Virus record (IMG/VR): IMGVR_UViG_3300037010_002464
Strand: one strand, 5' to 3'
Source: a virus
DNA length: 64,000 bases
This document shows positions 46,509-56,884 of this stretch, in pieces. Positions within the stretch are counted from its first letter, which is position 1. Each line of letters starts with the position of its first letter. The translations under genes were made by a program, and so were the position numbers. The notes below the pieces were generated by a model. That model saw only the letters and a list, made by a program, of their open reading frames with translations, had not been told where the DNA came from and did not search any database.

Positions 46509-46847
46509 TCACGAGCCTAGCCCAAAGCTCGCGTGAGCAAGGGTGCATAGGTTGGCGACCGACGTAGGGGGGCTTTCATTTGACTTGTGCATGGTTGCAA
46601 TGCCAAGCATCTTGTTGCCGGTGTAGACCGGCACAGGCTTCAGCGCCGTACTTCCGCCAGGCGTGACAAGGCTCTGGGGCTTCGGGGTTTGCCGGATGAC
46701 AGTCTCAGGAGCCTTGACCGGCGCGACTTTGACTGGAGCCGGCGTGCGCGCAAACTTAGGTACGCTCGCCCACTTAGCCAGCATCTGTTCATTGGAGTCA
46801 TGCAGCGCCTGTTGCTTGCTTGTTAACTGATGCTTCTTTCGCTTCAT
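46509..46847 (-). CDS. T4-like hypothetical protein
   Basis: YTG-KMLGIATMHKSN motif; own sigma70-like promoter. Confidence 0.65.
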   Translation of the reverse strand: MKRKKHQLTSKQQALHDSNEQMLAKWASVPKFARTPAPVKVAPVKAPETVIRQTPKPQSLVTPGGSTALKPVPVYTGNKMLGIATMHKSNESPPTSVANLCTLAHASFGLGS

Positions 46848-46854
46848 ACCTTGG

Positions 46855-46885
46855 ATTGTATTCGGCATTAGCCGCTTTGTAAATA
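46855..46885. promoter_or_regulatory. Overlapping divergent promoters
   Basis: Minus strand TTTACA(46878-83)-N17-TACAAT(46855-60); plus strand TAAATA(46880-85). Confidence 0.65.
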
Positions 46886-46890
46886 CTTCC

Positions 46891-47697
46891 ATGCTTAAGA
46901 CCTACATCATCCAACGTTCAATTCTCGAGCCTATCCCGTGCGAGCGCCTGCACCGTGTTGACTATGACGAGCTGCTCAAGACAATGCGCTTTCCGCTCAT
47001 GTGGGTATACGAGCACTACCTGCAGGCATGGCTACCGCGCGAGGTGGATGAGCGCTTGATCTTGTCGATGACCGGCTATAGGCTCGATAATGACCGGCTA
47101 ATGCGCAGGCTAACAGTCCTGGGTTTGCTCGAGGTGCCACAGCTGCGATGGGAGGACCTCAAGGACCAGCTTAAAGCTGACGGCTATGTCAAGGTTCCAG
47201 GCATAGTGCCTGCGGGTTACTGCGCTCAGCTAGCTGACTACTTCTACCGTCAACCTGAAGTCCATGAGCGCTGGCCTGACATGCCTGGCATCAAGCGTAC
47301 ATCGGTCAATGACTCGCCGTTGATGCGACTGGTCCATGAGGCTACGCTCAAGCTTGCACTCTACGTGCTTGACGCTGACATCAAGACCAGCTATAGCTTT
47401 ACAGCAGCATATGAGGCAGGTACCGTGCTGCCGCGGCACACTGACAGGCCGCAGTGCGTTTACAACGCGTCCGTCATCTTAGGTGTCGACCCGTCAAGCG
47501 CTGACCCTAAGGAGTGGCCGCTCTTCATCGAAGTCAACGGAGTGCCGCATGCTGCCAAGCTCAACGTAGGCGACGCTGTGTTCTATGCAGGTACCCGAGA
47601 CCCACATTGGCGGAACGAGCTCCCAGCAAACATGCACCGGCTACTGGGAACCTTTTTCCACTACGTGCCGGCGGACTTTGCCGGCTCGCTTGCTTAG
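46891..47697 (+). CDS. 2OG-Fe(II) oxygenase
   Basis: L-RHTDRP-C, WPL, L-VGDAV-Y-G..PHWR, F-HYV. Confidence 0.8.
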   Translation: MLKTYIIQRSILEPIPCERLHRVDYDELLKTMRFPLMWVYEHYLQAWLPREVDERLILSMTGYRLDNDRLMRRLTVLGLLEVPQLRWEDLKDQLKADGYVKVPGIVPAGYCAQLADYFYRQPEVHERWPDMPGIKRTSVNDSPLMRLVHEATLKLALYVLDADIKTSYSFTAAYEAGTVLPRHTDRPQCVYNASVILGVDPSSADPKEWPLFIEVNGVPHAAKLNVGDAVFYAGTRDPHWRNELPANMHRLLGTFFHYVPADFAGSLA

Positions 47698-49151
47698 ACC
47701 CAGTAGCCGGTGAATGTCACGATAGACGTGATCGACTGGGATGCGGTAGCCGTACCCACAAGCTGCTTGAAGTGGGTGTTGATGAATTCACCCGGGTGGA
47801 CAACGATCGGCGCGGACTGAAAGTCCATGACGAGGTCCGGCGCATAGACAGCGCCGATAGCAGCAGCGATAGGTACCGACTGGAAACCGAGGAAGATGCG
47901 GCGGGGCGTCTTCGTTGTACCTGTGGCGAATGAACCAGTCTCAGCGGTTTGCATCGACACGGCGGTATGGCCATAGCCGATCGCCCACTGAAGAGTAGTC
48001 GGCGTGGTTACAACAGCAGCGCCCGTGTTGATTGACGAGATGCGAACGCCGGTGATGATCAAGTTACGACCCGTAATGTTGATCGTCGCTGCTGGCACCT
48101 GGTAGCTTGTTGCGATGTAGTCGGTGTTCGCGCCCGCAGCAGCCGTGATGACCGTGACGCCTCCCAAGCCCGTCGAAGCGGCGGCGGTGTTCGAGCCGGC
48201 AGCCGTTGTTGGGTTCGTTGACGAGCCGGTAGTAATCGTGCCGGTGGCTTGCGTTGAACCGACAGTCGTACCGTTCTGACCTTGGTAGGCCATTAGGCCT
48301 GCAAGAGCTTGCTGATGAGCATACGGCAGGTTGGTGTCCAGGTCCATCAGCGACACCGTTAGGTCCGAGACACGCCACGTGTTCGTGTTTGAGACCGTAC
48401 CGGTGTTGTACTTCATCATGAATACAGGTAGCGAGCCAGCGATGAAGGGCTGTCCGTTGCCCGCTGGAACATTCAACGTGCCGATTAGCACGTCATCCAA
48501 CCAGAAGTATACGCTGTGCTCTGAGACAACGATCGTTGTCTTGAACATCGTACTGACCGTGAGCTGTGCGAGGGAGCGCATAACTGACGTCGTCGTCGTC
48601 GTGCCGTTAAACCTTACTTCACCGACCATGCCCACGGTAGTAATCCGAATCCAAGCACCGTCTGTCGGTTCCGTCGTGGCAGCTGTTGGGTTACCCAGGC
48701 CGAACATGACGTTCTCATTGGCTACGAGCGTTGCGGTGAAGAGCCCTTGGGTAAATTCCAGCGACAACGGCGCGGTGCCAACCACCGGGAAGTACTGGAA
48801 CGTCTTCATGTATGCGCCGTGCGATGAGGTCGTGCCTTGAACCGTGCCGAAGTTCAACGTGCCTGCGCCTGGCAAAGACGCTGTCAGTGTGTTGAAGGTG
48901 TATGACCAGTTGGACGTATTTTGCGCGGTTGCGTTGAACGTCTCGGTGAACAGCATCGTGTCCACGCCGATGCGCAGCCGATAGTCATTCGAGGTCTCAG
49001 GGCTACGCAGCGTCGCGGTGCCCAGGATCGTACCGTCATCGTTCTCGCTGAAGATGCGAGTCTTTGAGTTGTTGGTCAGGGCTACTGACAGCTCGCCAGA
49101 GCTGCTAACTTCGGCGCCTTGGCCAGTGGATGGGGAGTTGATGATTGCCAT
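47694..49151 (-). CDS. Virion structural (tail-associated) protein
   Basis: Thr/Gly/Ala-rich beta protein; TAAATA plus RBS upstream. Confidence 0.6.
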   Translation of the reverse strand: MAIINSPSTGQGAEVSSSGELSVALTNNSKTRIFSENDDGTILGTATLRSPETSNDYRLRIGVDTMLFTETFNATAQNTSNWSYTFNTLTASLPGAGTLNFGTVQGTTSSHGAYMKTFQYFPVVGTAPLSLEFTQGLFTATLVANENVMFGLGNPTAATTEPTDGAWIRITTVGMVGEVRFNGTTTTTSVMRSLAQLTVSTMFKTTIVVSEHSVYFWLDDVLIGTLNVPAGNGQPFIAGSLPVFMMKYNTGTVSNTNTWRVSDLTVSLMDLDTNLPYAHQQALAGLMAYQGQNGTTVGSTQATGTITTGSSTNPTTAAGSNTAAASTGLGGVTVITAAAGANTDYIATSYQVPAATINITGRNLIITGVRISSINTGAAVVTTPTTLQWAIGYGHTAVSMQTAETGSFATGTTKTPRRIFLGFQSVPIAAAIGAVYAPDLVMDFQSAPIVVHPGEFINTHFKQLVGTATASQSITSIVTFTGYWV

Positions 49152-49179
49152 GTAAGAGATCCTCTAGTTGCTATTTATG

Positions 49180-51675
49180 CTAGTCGACGATGCGCATCCA
49201 GCATCCCAAGCCTTCATCAACCGTTGAGTTGCCTGACATGGGCATTTGCATTACGGATGTGTCAAATGACAGGATGTAGGGTGTTGTTGTTAAGCCTATA
49301 GGCTGATAGAGACTTTGCTTCCAAAGGATGAGCTGATTGCCAGAGCCGATGGTAAGCGGGTATCCGCCTGTGATAGGTTGCCTAAACACGTCCACTAAGG
49401 GCATGTTTAACGCATATGTCGGACCGTTCGGCGAAACTGCATACCGGCCGTAAGGTTCCATTATGTAGTTGCCGATGGTGTATTGGGCGTTCACTCGCAA
49501 GCCCGTCCGCGACACAGACCAGGTCGTCATATTATCTGTACTGGTGTAGCCGGTATATCGGTTTACGTCATATGTCATCCACGTGTTTGTAGGGATGTGA
49601 TAAACAAGTGACTCGCAAGCGATTGATCCGGCAGCGGTAGACGCTGAAATCTCAGTGAACGAGAGCATGTTTGACGACTTGTAGATGCCATACAAACATA
49701 GCACGTAATAGTCGCTGCCGATCTTCGTGATGTTATTGACCGCGCTAACCGTACCCGTAAGGGTTGTAATAAGCGTCCAGGAAGCACCATGGTTAGTAGT
49801 TTGGTAAACACTCCCGTTATGACCAAGCGCCACAGTGCTAGACGACGACACCGATACAACCCGGTAATTTTGCACGCCAGGGTAATTTGTAGGGTTGAGT
49901 GATGTCGCGGTCAAGGCGCCGGAGGGAGACGTGAACGTGTATACGACACCTTGATTGATGCTGTTTGTTGCGGCCAAGTAATATGTCGAGCCGTCATATG
50001 CGAGGCAACTTTGTGACGGTAAATTCAAGTCAGCATAGGCAACGCCGGCACCCGCAATTGTTTGCGCGACTGTCCATGTAGCGCCTTCATCAGTCGACGT
50101 GATAATACTGATGTCGTTTGTATTCGTGTTTACGTTTACCAACACGATTGTCGAGCCTGTATAGCAAGAGCCTAGGTGAACTGCGCCGAGTGCGGAGCGC
50201 TCGACCACCCCGCAAAAAGTTACATTGACTTTAGGAAATAGCGCCTTCAAGCTAGCTGATGCATTGCTATATGTCGATGAGCCGTCGCACTGTTTAAACT
50301 TGCCCTCAAGCGCAGTGCCATAGCCTGGGTTGTAATCCATGGTAGAATACCCTGGATAGTCTGCCGGGTTTACGTTGTCATCGATTGCGATGTATGAGGC
50401 AGCAAAGTCAGAAAGCTGAGGGAACATCACAAAGCGTGATGGAAACACAGCATATGACTTAGCCTTATCGATTGTGAACTTTTTAAAGAAGCCAACGCCG
50501 ACAGAGGGTGCATTGAACACACCGAACGTCGTGTCATCGAGCGTGACAGCATTGAAGCACAAGGACATAAAGCCTTCATATTGGACATTAAGCGGTGTAA
50601 CTTCAATGCCTGAAGCTTGAAGATTTTCCGTTAAGTCGCGAATCAAAATCCCTGTAACTGTACTATTGCTAAGAGACCCTGTGATCACATATTTGTTTGA
50701 CAAAGCCATCAATGCATTAGCTTCAAAGCCTTGCGCTAAATTTGCGTAGTTCTTGATCGTTGTGAAGTTATCATTAGTGATGTATACAGCGCCGTTTGTG
50801 GCAAGCATGTAAAATGAGTTGCCATATGACTTAAGCGGTCCTGTGAAGTCAGATGCTTGGAAATAGATTGACCCAATCAAATTATGCCTAGTCCATGTAC
50901 CCCCAACGGTAGAATTTGTGAAGAATGCCGTGTAGTTATAGTTGAGATAACTGCTATAGCTGGGAACTGCCGCTACTGCAAGCACTCCCGCGTCATTGAC
51001 AGCAAAGGCCCATGCCTTGCTAATAGTTGAATCAGATGCGTATGACCAAGACACGCAGTCGGATGATGACGCAATTACTGCTGTAGCATTTGTGTTGTAA
51101 GCAGCCGCAAATACATAAAAGGTACCAGCCTTAAAGATGAATTCGGACGTTGTCTGAGACAAGTCAGGTACCGTTACTGTACCTACATATGACCAGCTAG
51201 CCCCTGTTGTAGACGTGTAAATCTCACCCGTAGTAGCGAGGATGTAATAAGCGGCGCTTGTAGCGCATACAGCTGAATACTGCTTATCAGAAACAGTACC
51301 GATTGACCAAGATGAACCGCCGTCCGTCGAATATGTAACTTGAGTGATCGTATCGCTTCCATAGAGGTTATAAGGCACAGCTAAGATCTTTAAGCTGTCT
51401 ATGTTAGCGACCTTCCATTGATAGCCACCCGCAGCTATCGGCAAGGCAACGGAGGTAACAACCTCGGCCTTTTTGTTATAAATCCCAGGGGCGTCAAATG
51501 GCAGCTGTTCTCCTGGCAAGCGAATGCCGCCGTTGTATGCAGTAAGGCTATAGATGCCGTCGCCATAGCTGCCAGTGCGCTTAAACTTGTTGGACGGCGG
51601 AGGCAGAGCAAAATAACTGCTTTCACCCTTGACGCTACGCTTCTTATTTGCTCCGTAAAGGCTCTTATGAGTCAT
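49180..51675 (-). CDS. Tail fibre/receptor-binding protein with Asp-box (BNR) repeats
   Basis: YSTDGGSSW, TSTDEGATW, TTNHGASW, TSTDNMTTW; AT-richer. Confidence 0.65.
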   Translation of the reverse strand: MTHKSLYGANKKRSVKGESSYFALPPPSNKFKRTGSYGDGIYSLTAYNGGIRLPGEQLPFDAPGIYNKKAEVVTSVALPIAAGGYQWKVANIDSLKILAVPYNLYGSDTITQVTYSTDGGSSWSIGTVSDKQYSAVCATSAAYYILATTGEIYTSTTGASWSYVGTVTVPDLSQTTSEFIFKAGTFYVFAAAYNTNATAVIASSSDCVSWSYASDSTISKAWAFAVNDAGVLAVAAVPSYSSYLNYNYTAFFTNSTVGGTWTRHNLIGSIYFQASDFTGPLKSYGNSFYMLATNGAVYITNDNFTTIKNYANLAQGFEANALMALSNKYVITGSLSNSTVTGILIRDLTENLQASGIEVTPLNVQYEGFMSLCFNAVTLDDTTFGVFNAPSVGVGFFKKFTIDKAKSYAVFPSRFVMFPQLSDFAASYIAIDDNVNPADYPGYSTMDYNPGYGTALEGKFKQCDGSSTYSNASASLKALFPKVNVTFCGVVERSALGAVHLGSCYTGSTIVLVNVNTNTNDISIITSTDEGATWTVAQTIAGAGVAYADLNLPSQSCLAYDGSTYYLAATNSINQGVVYTFTSPSGALTATSLNPTNYPGVQNYRVVSVSSSSTVALGHNGSVYQTTNHGASWTLITTLTGTVSAVNNITKIGSDYYVLCLYGIYKSSNMLSFTEISASTAAGSIACESLVYHIPTNTWMTYDVNRYTGYTSTDNMTTWSVSRTGLRVNAQYTIGNYIMEPYGRYAVSPNGPTYALNMPLVDVFRQPITGGYPLTIGSGNQLILWKQSLYQPIGLTTTPYILSFDTSVMQMPMSGNSTVDEGLGCWMRIVD

Positions 51676-52877
51676 TTGATTCTCAGCTTAGCGCCCGAGT
51701 ATTCAGTGGGCATGATGTCTTTTTTGATCAATGAAAAGTCGTGCTTAATAACAACCGAATGAGACGAATTTGAGATTGAATAAAGGTTATCATTAAGCAT
51801 GAACGTTTCATTATAGCCGATGCCTAGCAAAACTCTTGCATTATCGTAGCTAGTCCATGTTTTAAGGTCGTATGACATGTATGGACCAATAACGTAAATC
51901 GCCCGTCCGGTTGAGTCTGTTGTCTTAAACAGCTTGTTAGTCCCAAAAAAGCCTACGGTTGAATTCATTGAATTCAGCCTCACTTTAGTCCAGTTAAGCC
52001 CATCAGCTGACACTAGCATCTGGAGGGTATAAGACATTGATGTCCTGTACGCCGTGAACAGCTGACCGCTTTTATTGTAAGGCAGAGCTTCTACGACCCA
52101 TCCATTTTCGAGCACCTTGGTGAAGGTTGACATGTCCTCTGTGTAATATGCATTGTCAACTATGACCCCCTTTGAAGTTGGGCCGGTACCTGTTATTTTA
52201 AAGCCCACCGGACCTACAATGGGGTTCCTGGTCATCGTCGGCGATGCTGACAATGGCTTATTGATTACTAACGGTATTCCCACTACACCGCTGTCATTCT
52301 TCAAAGTAGTAAAGATCTTTGTTTGAGTAGCTGCTGACTGGATGCCATTGCCATATGATAGCAAAGCTTCTGTGATAGAAATTGTGAATTGCGTCCAACC
52401 CGACAACCCGTCCGCTGAATAGCAGCCAAATGTGCGAGTGTTGACAAAATCATAGCAGAACATTAGGTACTCGCTACCTGTCCATAAAATGCTACCTGCA
52501 AACTGGGTGCTAGCCCACGCAATTGATGATGTCTCCCAATTAACAAAGTCAGCGGTTTTCCAAACTAGCAAATTCGCGCCGCTGGCGTCATAAGTGACTA
52601 GGAGGTATGCAGGGCCACCTATGCATACAATTGCGCCCGGCGCAAGGGTCAAGACATCAGTGCCAGGAACAAACAGCATGGGTGTAGAGTTAACTACACC
52701 GAAGCGCTGCTGTTGCAGCAACGTCATCTTAGACGTGTCAACGGGTTGCCCACCTTGGTTAAGGTCGATCTCGTCAGGATGCGTTAGCATTGAGTAGGTA
52801 AGCTTACCTACTTCACTGTTGGTTACATCGGCTGGATTCTTGTCGCCTCGAAAGCCGATTCGCTGACCCTTATTCAT
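51672..52877 (-). CDS. Asp-box beta-propeller tail-associated protein
   Basis: KTADFVNW, YSADGLSGW, VSADGLNW, MSYDLKTW. Confidence 0.65.
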   Translation of the reverse strand: MNKGQRIGFRGDKNPADVTNSEVGKLTYSMLTHPDEIDLNQGGQPVDTSKMTLLQQQRFGVVNSTPMLFVPGTDVLTLAPGAIVCIGGPAYLLVTYDASGANLLVWKTADFVNWETSSIAWASTQFAGSILWTGSEYLMFCYDFVNTRTFGCYSADGLSGWTQFTISITEALLSYGNGIQSAATQTKIFTTLKNDSGVVGIPLVINKPLSASPTMTRNPIVGPVGFKITGTGPTSKGVIVDNAYYTEDMSTFTKVLENGWVVEALPYNKSGQLFTAYRTSMSYTLQMLVSADGLNWTKVRLNSMNSTVGFFGTNKLFKTTDSTGRAIYVIGPYMSYDLKTWTSYDNARVLLGIGYNETFMLNDNLYSISNSSHSVVIKHDFSLIKKDIMPTEYSGAKLRIK

Positions 52878-54109
52878 CTGACCTTCACGTAAAGGTTGTT
52901 AGCTGTTAAGAGGTCCCAAGTAATTAACGGTACCTGCATAGTAGATGGATCGATGATAACTTCACCGATAAATGGAGCCGTCATGAATTCATCATCCGCT
53001 GAGTATTTAGTATACATGAATGCCCTGCTATTAGCAGCATACACTCCATTCAAAATCATCGGAACTTCGTAAAAGTCATATACTACCGGAACTTGATCTA
53101 GCCCAGCGCTAACTGAAAGCAAGTTTTCGCCTTGGCATGGCACATCGTCATAGCCTGATCGTGCACTAATGTTGACAAAGGCTCTTAACCAATAGCTGCC
53201 TAGGCTCATCACCGGCGAATTTGCACACGCCAATATGTTGTCATCATCTCCCGCGGCTAGATTAAAGGTGCCTGTCCAGGACGTGCCGTTAGCCGATGAC
53301 ATCAGCCTACCATTTCGAGTAGAGACTACCCACGTGCTGTTAACATAGCAGAACGGGTGAGCGCTAGAAGCATATCCGGCACGAGTCCAAGTCACGCCAT
53401 GGTCTGTTGACTTATAGATTTCGGTAGTACCTGGTACGGTAGTTGCTAAAAGCAATGAGCTTGTGCCGCTTACATGCTTAACGTCACGACCGCTAAACAC
53501 CGTTGTCCAAGTTGACCCGTTAGTCGACCTAATCATGCCACCATAATCAGTTTGGTATGAATCATGCTGCATGATGCTAGCGATCCAAGCTGTGCCGTCC
53601 CACAAGAGAGCGCTTATAAGCGCGCCTGTTGAAGCGCAAAAGCCAGTCAGCGTCGAACCTGCAGTCCAAGTTGTACCGGCTGTCGAATATGCTGTATAGA
53701 CGCTGGCGCCAAGCGTGTCGAAGGGTGACCGTTTTCCTATAGCTGTGCCGATTACGACATACTGCGAGCCGTTATAGCCTAGCATACGCCAAACATAGCC
53801 TGTATTTGCAGGCAGTGTAACAGGCGATGACCACGTGATAAAGTCGGTTGTTGTTGAAAATTGAGTAGCGCTTATAGCCGCCCACAACGACCCTGTCCAA
53901 ATGATGTCGACAACCAAGAACGGGGTGAAGTGCTGTTTAAGCGTGATCTTGGGATAGATCCTCTTAAGATCCGCAGGTGCATTCGTAACATAGGTCTTTT
54001 GACCCATCACGGGTGCATAGTCCTTGTTCTGATAGTCGATGCCGTAAGTCAGCTTGCCAAAGCCGACAATAGGCCTTGCGCCTGCACCCGCAAACACACC
54101 CTTGTTCAT
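52874..54109 (-). CDS. Asp-box beta-propeller tail-associated protein
   Basis: RSTNGSTW, KSTDHGVTW, SSANGTSW. Confidence 0.65.
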   Translation of the reverse strand: MNKGVFAGAGARPIVGFGKLTYGIDYQNKDYAPVMGQKTYVTNAPADLKRIYPKITLKQHFTPFLVVDIIWTGSLWAAISATQFSTTTDFITWSSPVTLPANTGYVWRMLGYNGSQYVVIGTAIGKRSPFDTLGASVYTAYSTAGTTWTAGSTLTGFCASTGALISALLWDGTAWIASIMQHDSYQTDYGGMIRSTNGSTWTTVFSGRDVKHVSGTSSLLLATTVPGTTEIYKSTDHGVTWTRAGYASSAHPFCYVNSTWVVSTRNGRLMSSANGTSWTGTFNLAAGDDDNILACANSPVMSLGSYWLRAFVNISARSGYDDVPCQGENLLSVSAGLDQVPVVYDFYEVPMILNGVYAANSRAFMYTKYSADDEFMTAPFIGEVIIDPSTMQVPLITWDLLTANNLYVKVR

Positions 54110-54492
54110 TAGAAGTCACCGGCCCGAGTCACAAGCACGTTGAAGGACTCAGCGTTGTGAGTGCTAGCGCGCAGCTTCCAGCCTGACTTAATGATGAGCG
54201 CAAGGTCAGACACGCTATAGGACCAAGTGGCGTTGGTCGTTGACGGTGTATTTGCCGGCACCAGGATTTCCTTCCACAAGCGCGTGTTCGTGCCGTCTGA
54301 AACGAAGATGCGCACTACGCCGGCCGTGGTAGTACCTTGGGCCGTGACCGTCAGGTCATCAATGCGAGTACCGCTTGAACCACCGGTTAGCACGTCTACG
54401 ATCGTGCCTGTGCCGTCACGGGCTGTGTTAGCGGCGCTGATGACAACGGCTGCGGCCGCAACGGTTGACGCATACTGTGCATATTGGGACAT
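54109..54492 (-). CDS. Small virion structural protein
   Basis: ANTARDGTG...GGSSGTRID...GDF, beta-rich. Confidence 0.6.
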   Translation of the reverse strand: MSQYAQYASTVAAAAVVISAANTARDGTGTIVDVLTGGSSGTRIDDLTVTAQGTTTAGVVRIFVSDGTNTRLWKEILVPANTPSTTNATWSYSVSDLALIIKSGWKLRASTHNAESFNVLVTRAGDF

Positions 54493-54501
54493 GGGAACCT
54501 C

Positions 54502-56214
54502 TTAGATGATGTTAGCCGCTTGGAGCGTGAAGTCAGGAACCGTCGGTTGACCCGACGTGATGAACATTTGCGATGTGCCGACCTTCGCCGTCACTTGGCA
54601 GATGCGTTGGCCTTTGATCGGGCTTGTAGACGTGCCTAGCAGCAGCAGCGTGTCAGCGGTTACGACCTTGCCGACCCATTGCAGCACGCCGAACTCATGC
54701 TCGTCAAAGTAGACGCCGATTGGTGTGTAGCCTGAGGTGACACACTGCACACGCTGACCAACCTGTAGGCCTGCAAGGGAGATTGAGAACTGCTTAGCAT
54801 AAGTTGGGATCGTGCCGAAGTCAACGGTCACATCAGTCGAGATTATGACTGTGCCGTTCTGGCTGATCTGCGTGAAGGCGAGGGACGTGGTGTTAAGGGT
54901 GATCGGCTGGTAGGTGCTTAGCATCCACACCGTTGTGGCGTTTGCGGTGCCTTCAGCCACGGTTACCAGCAAGCCAGTGATCGCTTCGGCGCTTGAATCC
55001 AGGCCTGAGATGCGCGTCATCGTTGACGCTGAGCCGTTGTAAGTGTAGACGCCGTTTTGAGAGCCGGTGGTCTGATTCTTAACCAGCACCATGTCACCGC
55101 TCACCATGATGACACCGTCAATTGTCGGGCCAGGAGCTGTTAGGGTCAGGTTAGCTGTTGACGCCACGCGAGCGTTGATGCCTGTACCGCCGCTTGAAGA
55201 CGGTAAGACTGCCGGGTCGATCAAGTCTCCGCTTTGCATAACGGTCAAGCGACCATTCTTAAGCACAACAGGCTTTAAGCCGACAACCACTGTCAAGGTA
55301 GCAGCCGTTGTTGTCGACGACCCGTTGCTATCCGTGACTACGCACTGGTACCAGTCGCCGTTGTTTGCGCTGCCACCTGTAACGGTCGCTGCAGCGGTTG
55401 TATAAGAGGCTGTCGTGCCACCAGTACCTGTTGAGACATTTGACCAGCTCGAACCGCTATTGACGCTGCACTGCCATTGATAAGTCAGCGAGCCTGCATT
55501 TGCGGTCGCGGTAACAGTAAATGTAGCCGTAACGCCTGCTGTTACAGTTACGCTTGATGGCTGGTTGTTGATCGTCGGTCCGAGAACTGTAGCAGGCGCA
55601 GCAAAGTATGCGTCGAGCTCAGCTTGCGTGAGCGTACGCGACCAAACAGCGACATTCTTAAAACGCCAGCCGGTGTTAACATTGCCCGACGCTGTAGTAC
55701 CGTCAAAGATCGAGCCGATAGTTAGGTACTTCGAGCTACCCGTAGGTGTAACCGATGTTGTATTAGCGGATGACAGCGTGCCACCCAGGTATACCTGACG
55801 ACTTGTAGCACCGCCGTATACACACGCCGTGTTGTTATAAACAGCTCCAGAAAGAGCGGCGCTTAGCGCTTCATCCGCGGTGCCACCGTTACGCGTCTTA
55901 GCGCTTGCTGTGTTTGTGCTACCGGTTTGATAAAGCTGCCAATAGTTACCTGCGCTTGTCGTGTAACCGATGAACGTGTAGTCACCGCTTGCACCACCGT
56001 TAACGTAAGCCTGTACAGCTATAGTAAACGGCGTGCCCAATGTGATCGTGGTGCACAGCAAGTACGGATTCGTAGCTGAAGTTACGGTCCAGCATGAATT
56101 TGTCGAGTCCCATGTCAAGCCGCCACCTTGTGAGAAGGTGTTGCCTCCGAATGAACCGACCAGATTGTTAGTCGTTAGCGGCCAGTATTCTACGAGGTTG
56201 GTATTGAGGGACAT
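54502..56214 (-). CDS. Virion protein with LamG-like, Ig-like and tail-fibre domains
   Basis: YWPL...V-VWSRTLTQAEL (LamG); PTI--QP-SVTV..YQWQ..YQCVVT (Ig); RVASTAN..IDG..GD-VLVKNQT..QNGVY. Confidence 0.75.
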   Translation of the reverse strand: MSLNTNLVEYWPLTTNNLVGSFGGNTFSQGGGLTWDSTNSCWTVTSATNPYLLCTTITLGTPFTIAVQAYVNGGASGDYTFIGYTTSAGNYWQLYQTGSTNTASAKTRNGGTADEALSAALSGAVYNNTACVYGGATSRQVYLGGTLSSANTTSVTPTGSSKYLTIGSIFDGTTASGNVNTGWRFKNVAVWSRTLTQAELDAYFAAPATVLGPTINNQPSSVTVTAGVTATFTVTATANAGSLTYQWQCSVNSGSSWSNVSTGTGGTTASYTTAAATVTGGSANNGDWYQCVVTDSNGSSTTTAATLTVVVGLKPVVLKNGRLTVMQSGDLIDPAVLPSSSGGTGINARVASTANLTLTAPGPTIDGVIMVSGDMVLVKNQTTGSQNGVYTYNGSASTMTRISGLDSSAEAITGLLVTVAEGTANATTVWMLSTYQPITLNTTSLAFTQISQNGTVIISTDVTVDFGTIPTYAKQFSISLAGLQVGQRVQCVTSGYTPIGVYFDEHEFGVLQWVGKVVTADTLLLLGTSTSPIKGQRICQVTAKVGTSQMFITSGQPTVPDFTLQAANII

Positions 56215-56239
56215 GCTGCTATTTATTATCGAGCAAAGT

Positions 56240-56268
56240 AAAAGGCCTGGTCAACTGACCAGGCCTTT
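56240..56268 (-). terminator. Intrinsic, possibly bidirectional, terminator
   Basis: AAAAGGCCTGGTCA-AC-TGACCAGGCCTTT. Confidence 0.8.
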
Positions 56269-56313
56269 AGGTTTTAAGTTCGCACTTAAGGGTAGCGCAT
56301 CACCCGAACCAGC

Positions 56314-56607
56314 TTACGCGAGTTCGCCAGCGCCGTACTTGGTCGTGACAGCGCTTGAAGCGGCCGTGACCAGGTTAGCCAGCGTTGTGCTGGTTGCAGG
56401 CACCGAGCCGTTCGGGTAAGCGATCTTGACGGTGTACGTGTCATTGATCGTCATCGCGATGTCGTCCTTCGTGACCGAAGTTGCGGTAGCGGCGCCCGAC
56501 TCATGGATGAAGTCGACTGCGGAGAACGAAACCAGGGTGATGACTGGTGAACCAGACGGGCCGGTGCGGTTGATCGTGATGGTGTGAACTTTTCCGGTGA
56601 GGGACAT
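56314..56607 (-). CDS. Small late structural protein
   Basis: AGGAG RBS, TAAATA at 56661, strong codon bias, own terminator. Confidence 0.7.
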   Translation of the reverse strand: MSLTGKVHTITINRTGPSGSPVITLVSFSAVDFIHESGAATATSVTKDDIAMTINDTYTVKIAYPNGSVPATSTTLANLVTAASSAVTTKYGAGELA

Positions 56608-56659
56608 GTGAGCTCCTAGGCGTGAGGGTTCGCACGCCTATGCGTGCATTGTTGTACCC

Positions 56660-56884
56660 TTATTTATCGGCCAGCAACCTGCTAAGTTCATTAAAGCCGC
56701 CGACCGACCGGTCTTCAGCGACGATGAACGGCACGGCTTTAACGGCTGGGTAAAGCTGACGGAAGGCTTCGAGTGTGATGTCAGCTCCGATCTTAACTGC
56801 TTGAAACGGCTCGCTCTTGGAGGTTAGCATGGCTTTTGCGCGGTCGCACTGGGGGCAGCCGTCTTTGGTGTAGACTGTGTACAT
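56660..56884 (-). CDS. Glutaredoxin/NrdH-like redoxin
   Basis: CPQC, VP-I, GGF; near nrdB. Confidence 0.9.
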   Translation of the reverse strand: MYTVYTKDGCPQCDRAKAMLTSKSEPFQAVKIGADITLEAFRQLYPAVKAVPFIVAEDRSVGGFNELSRLLADK

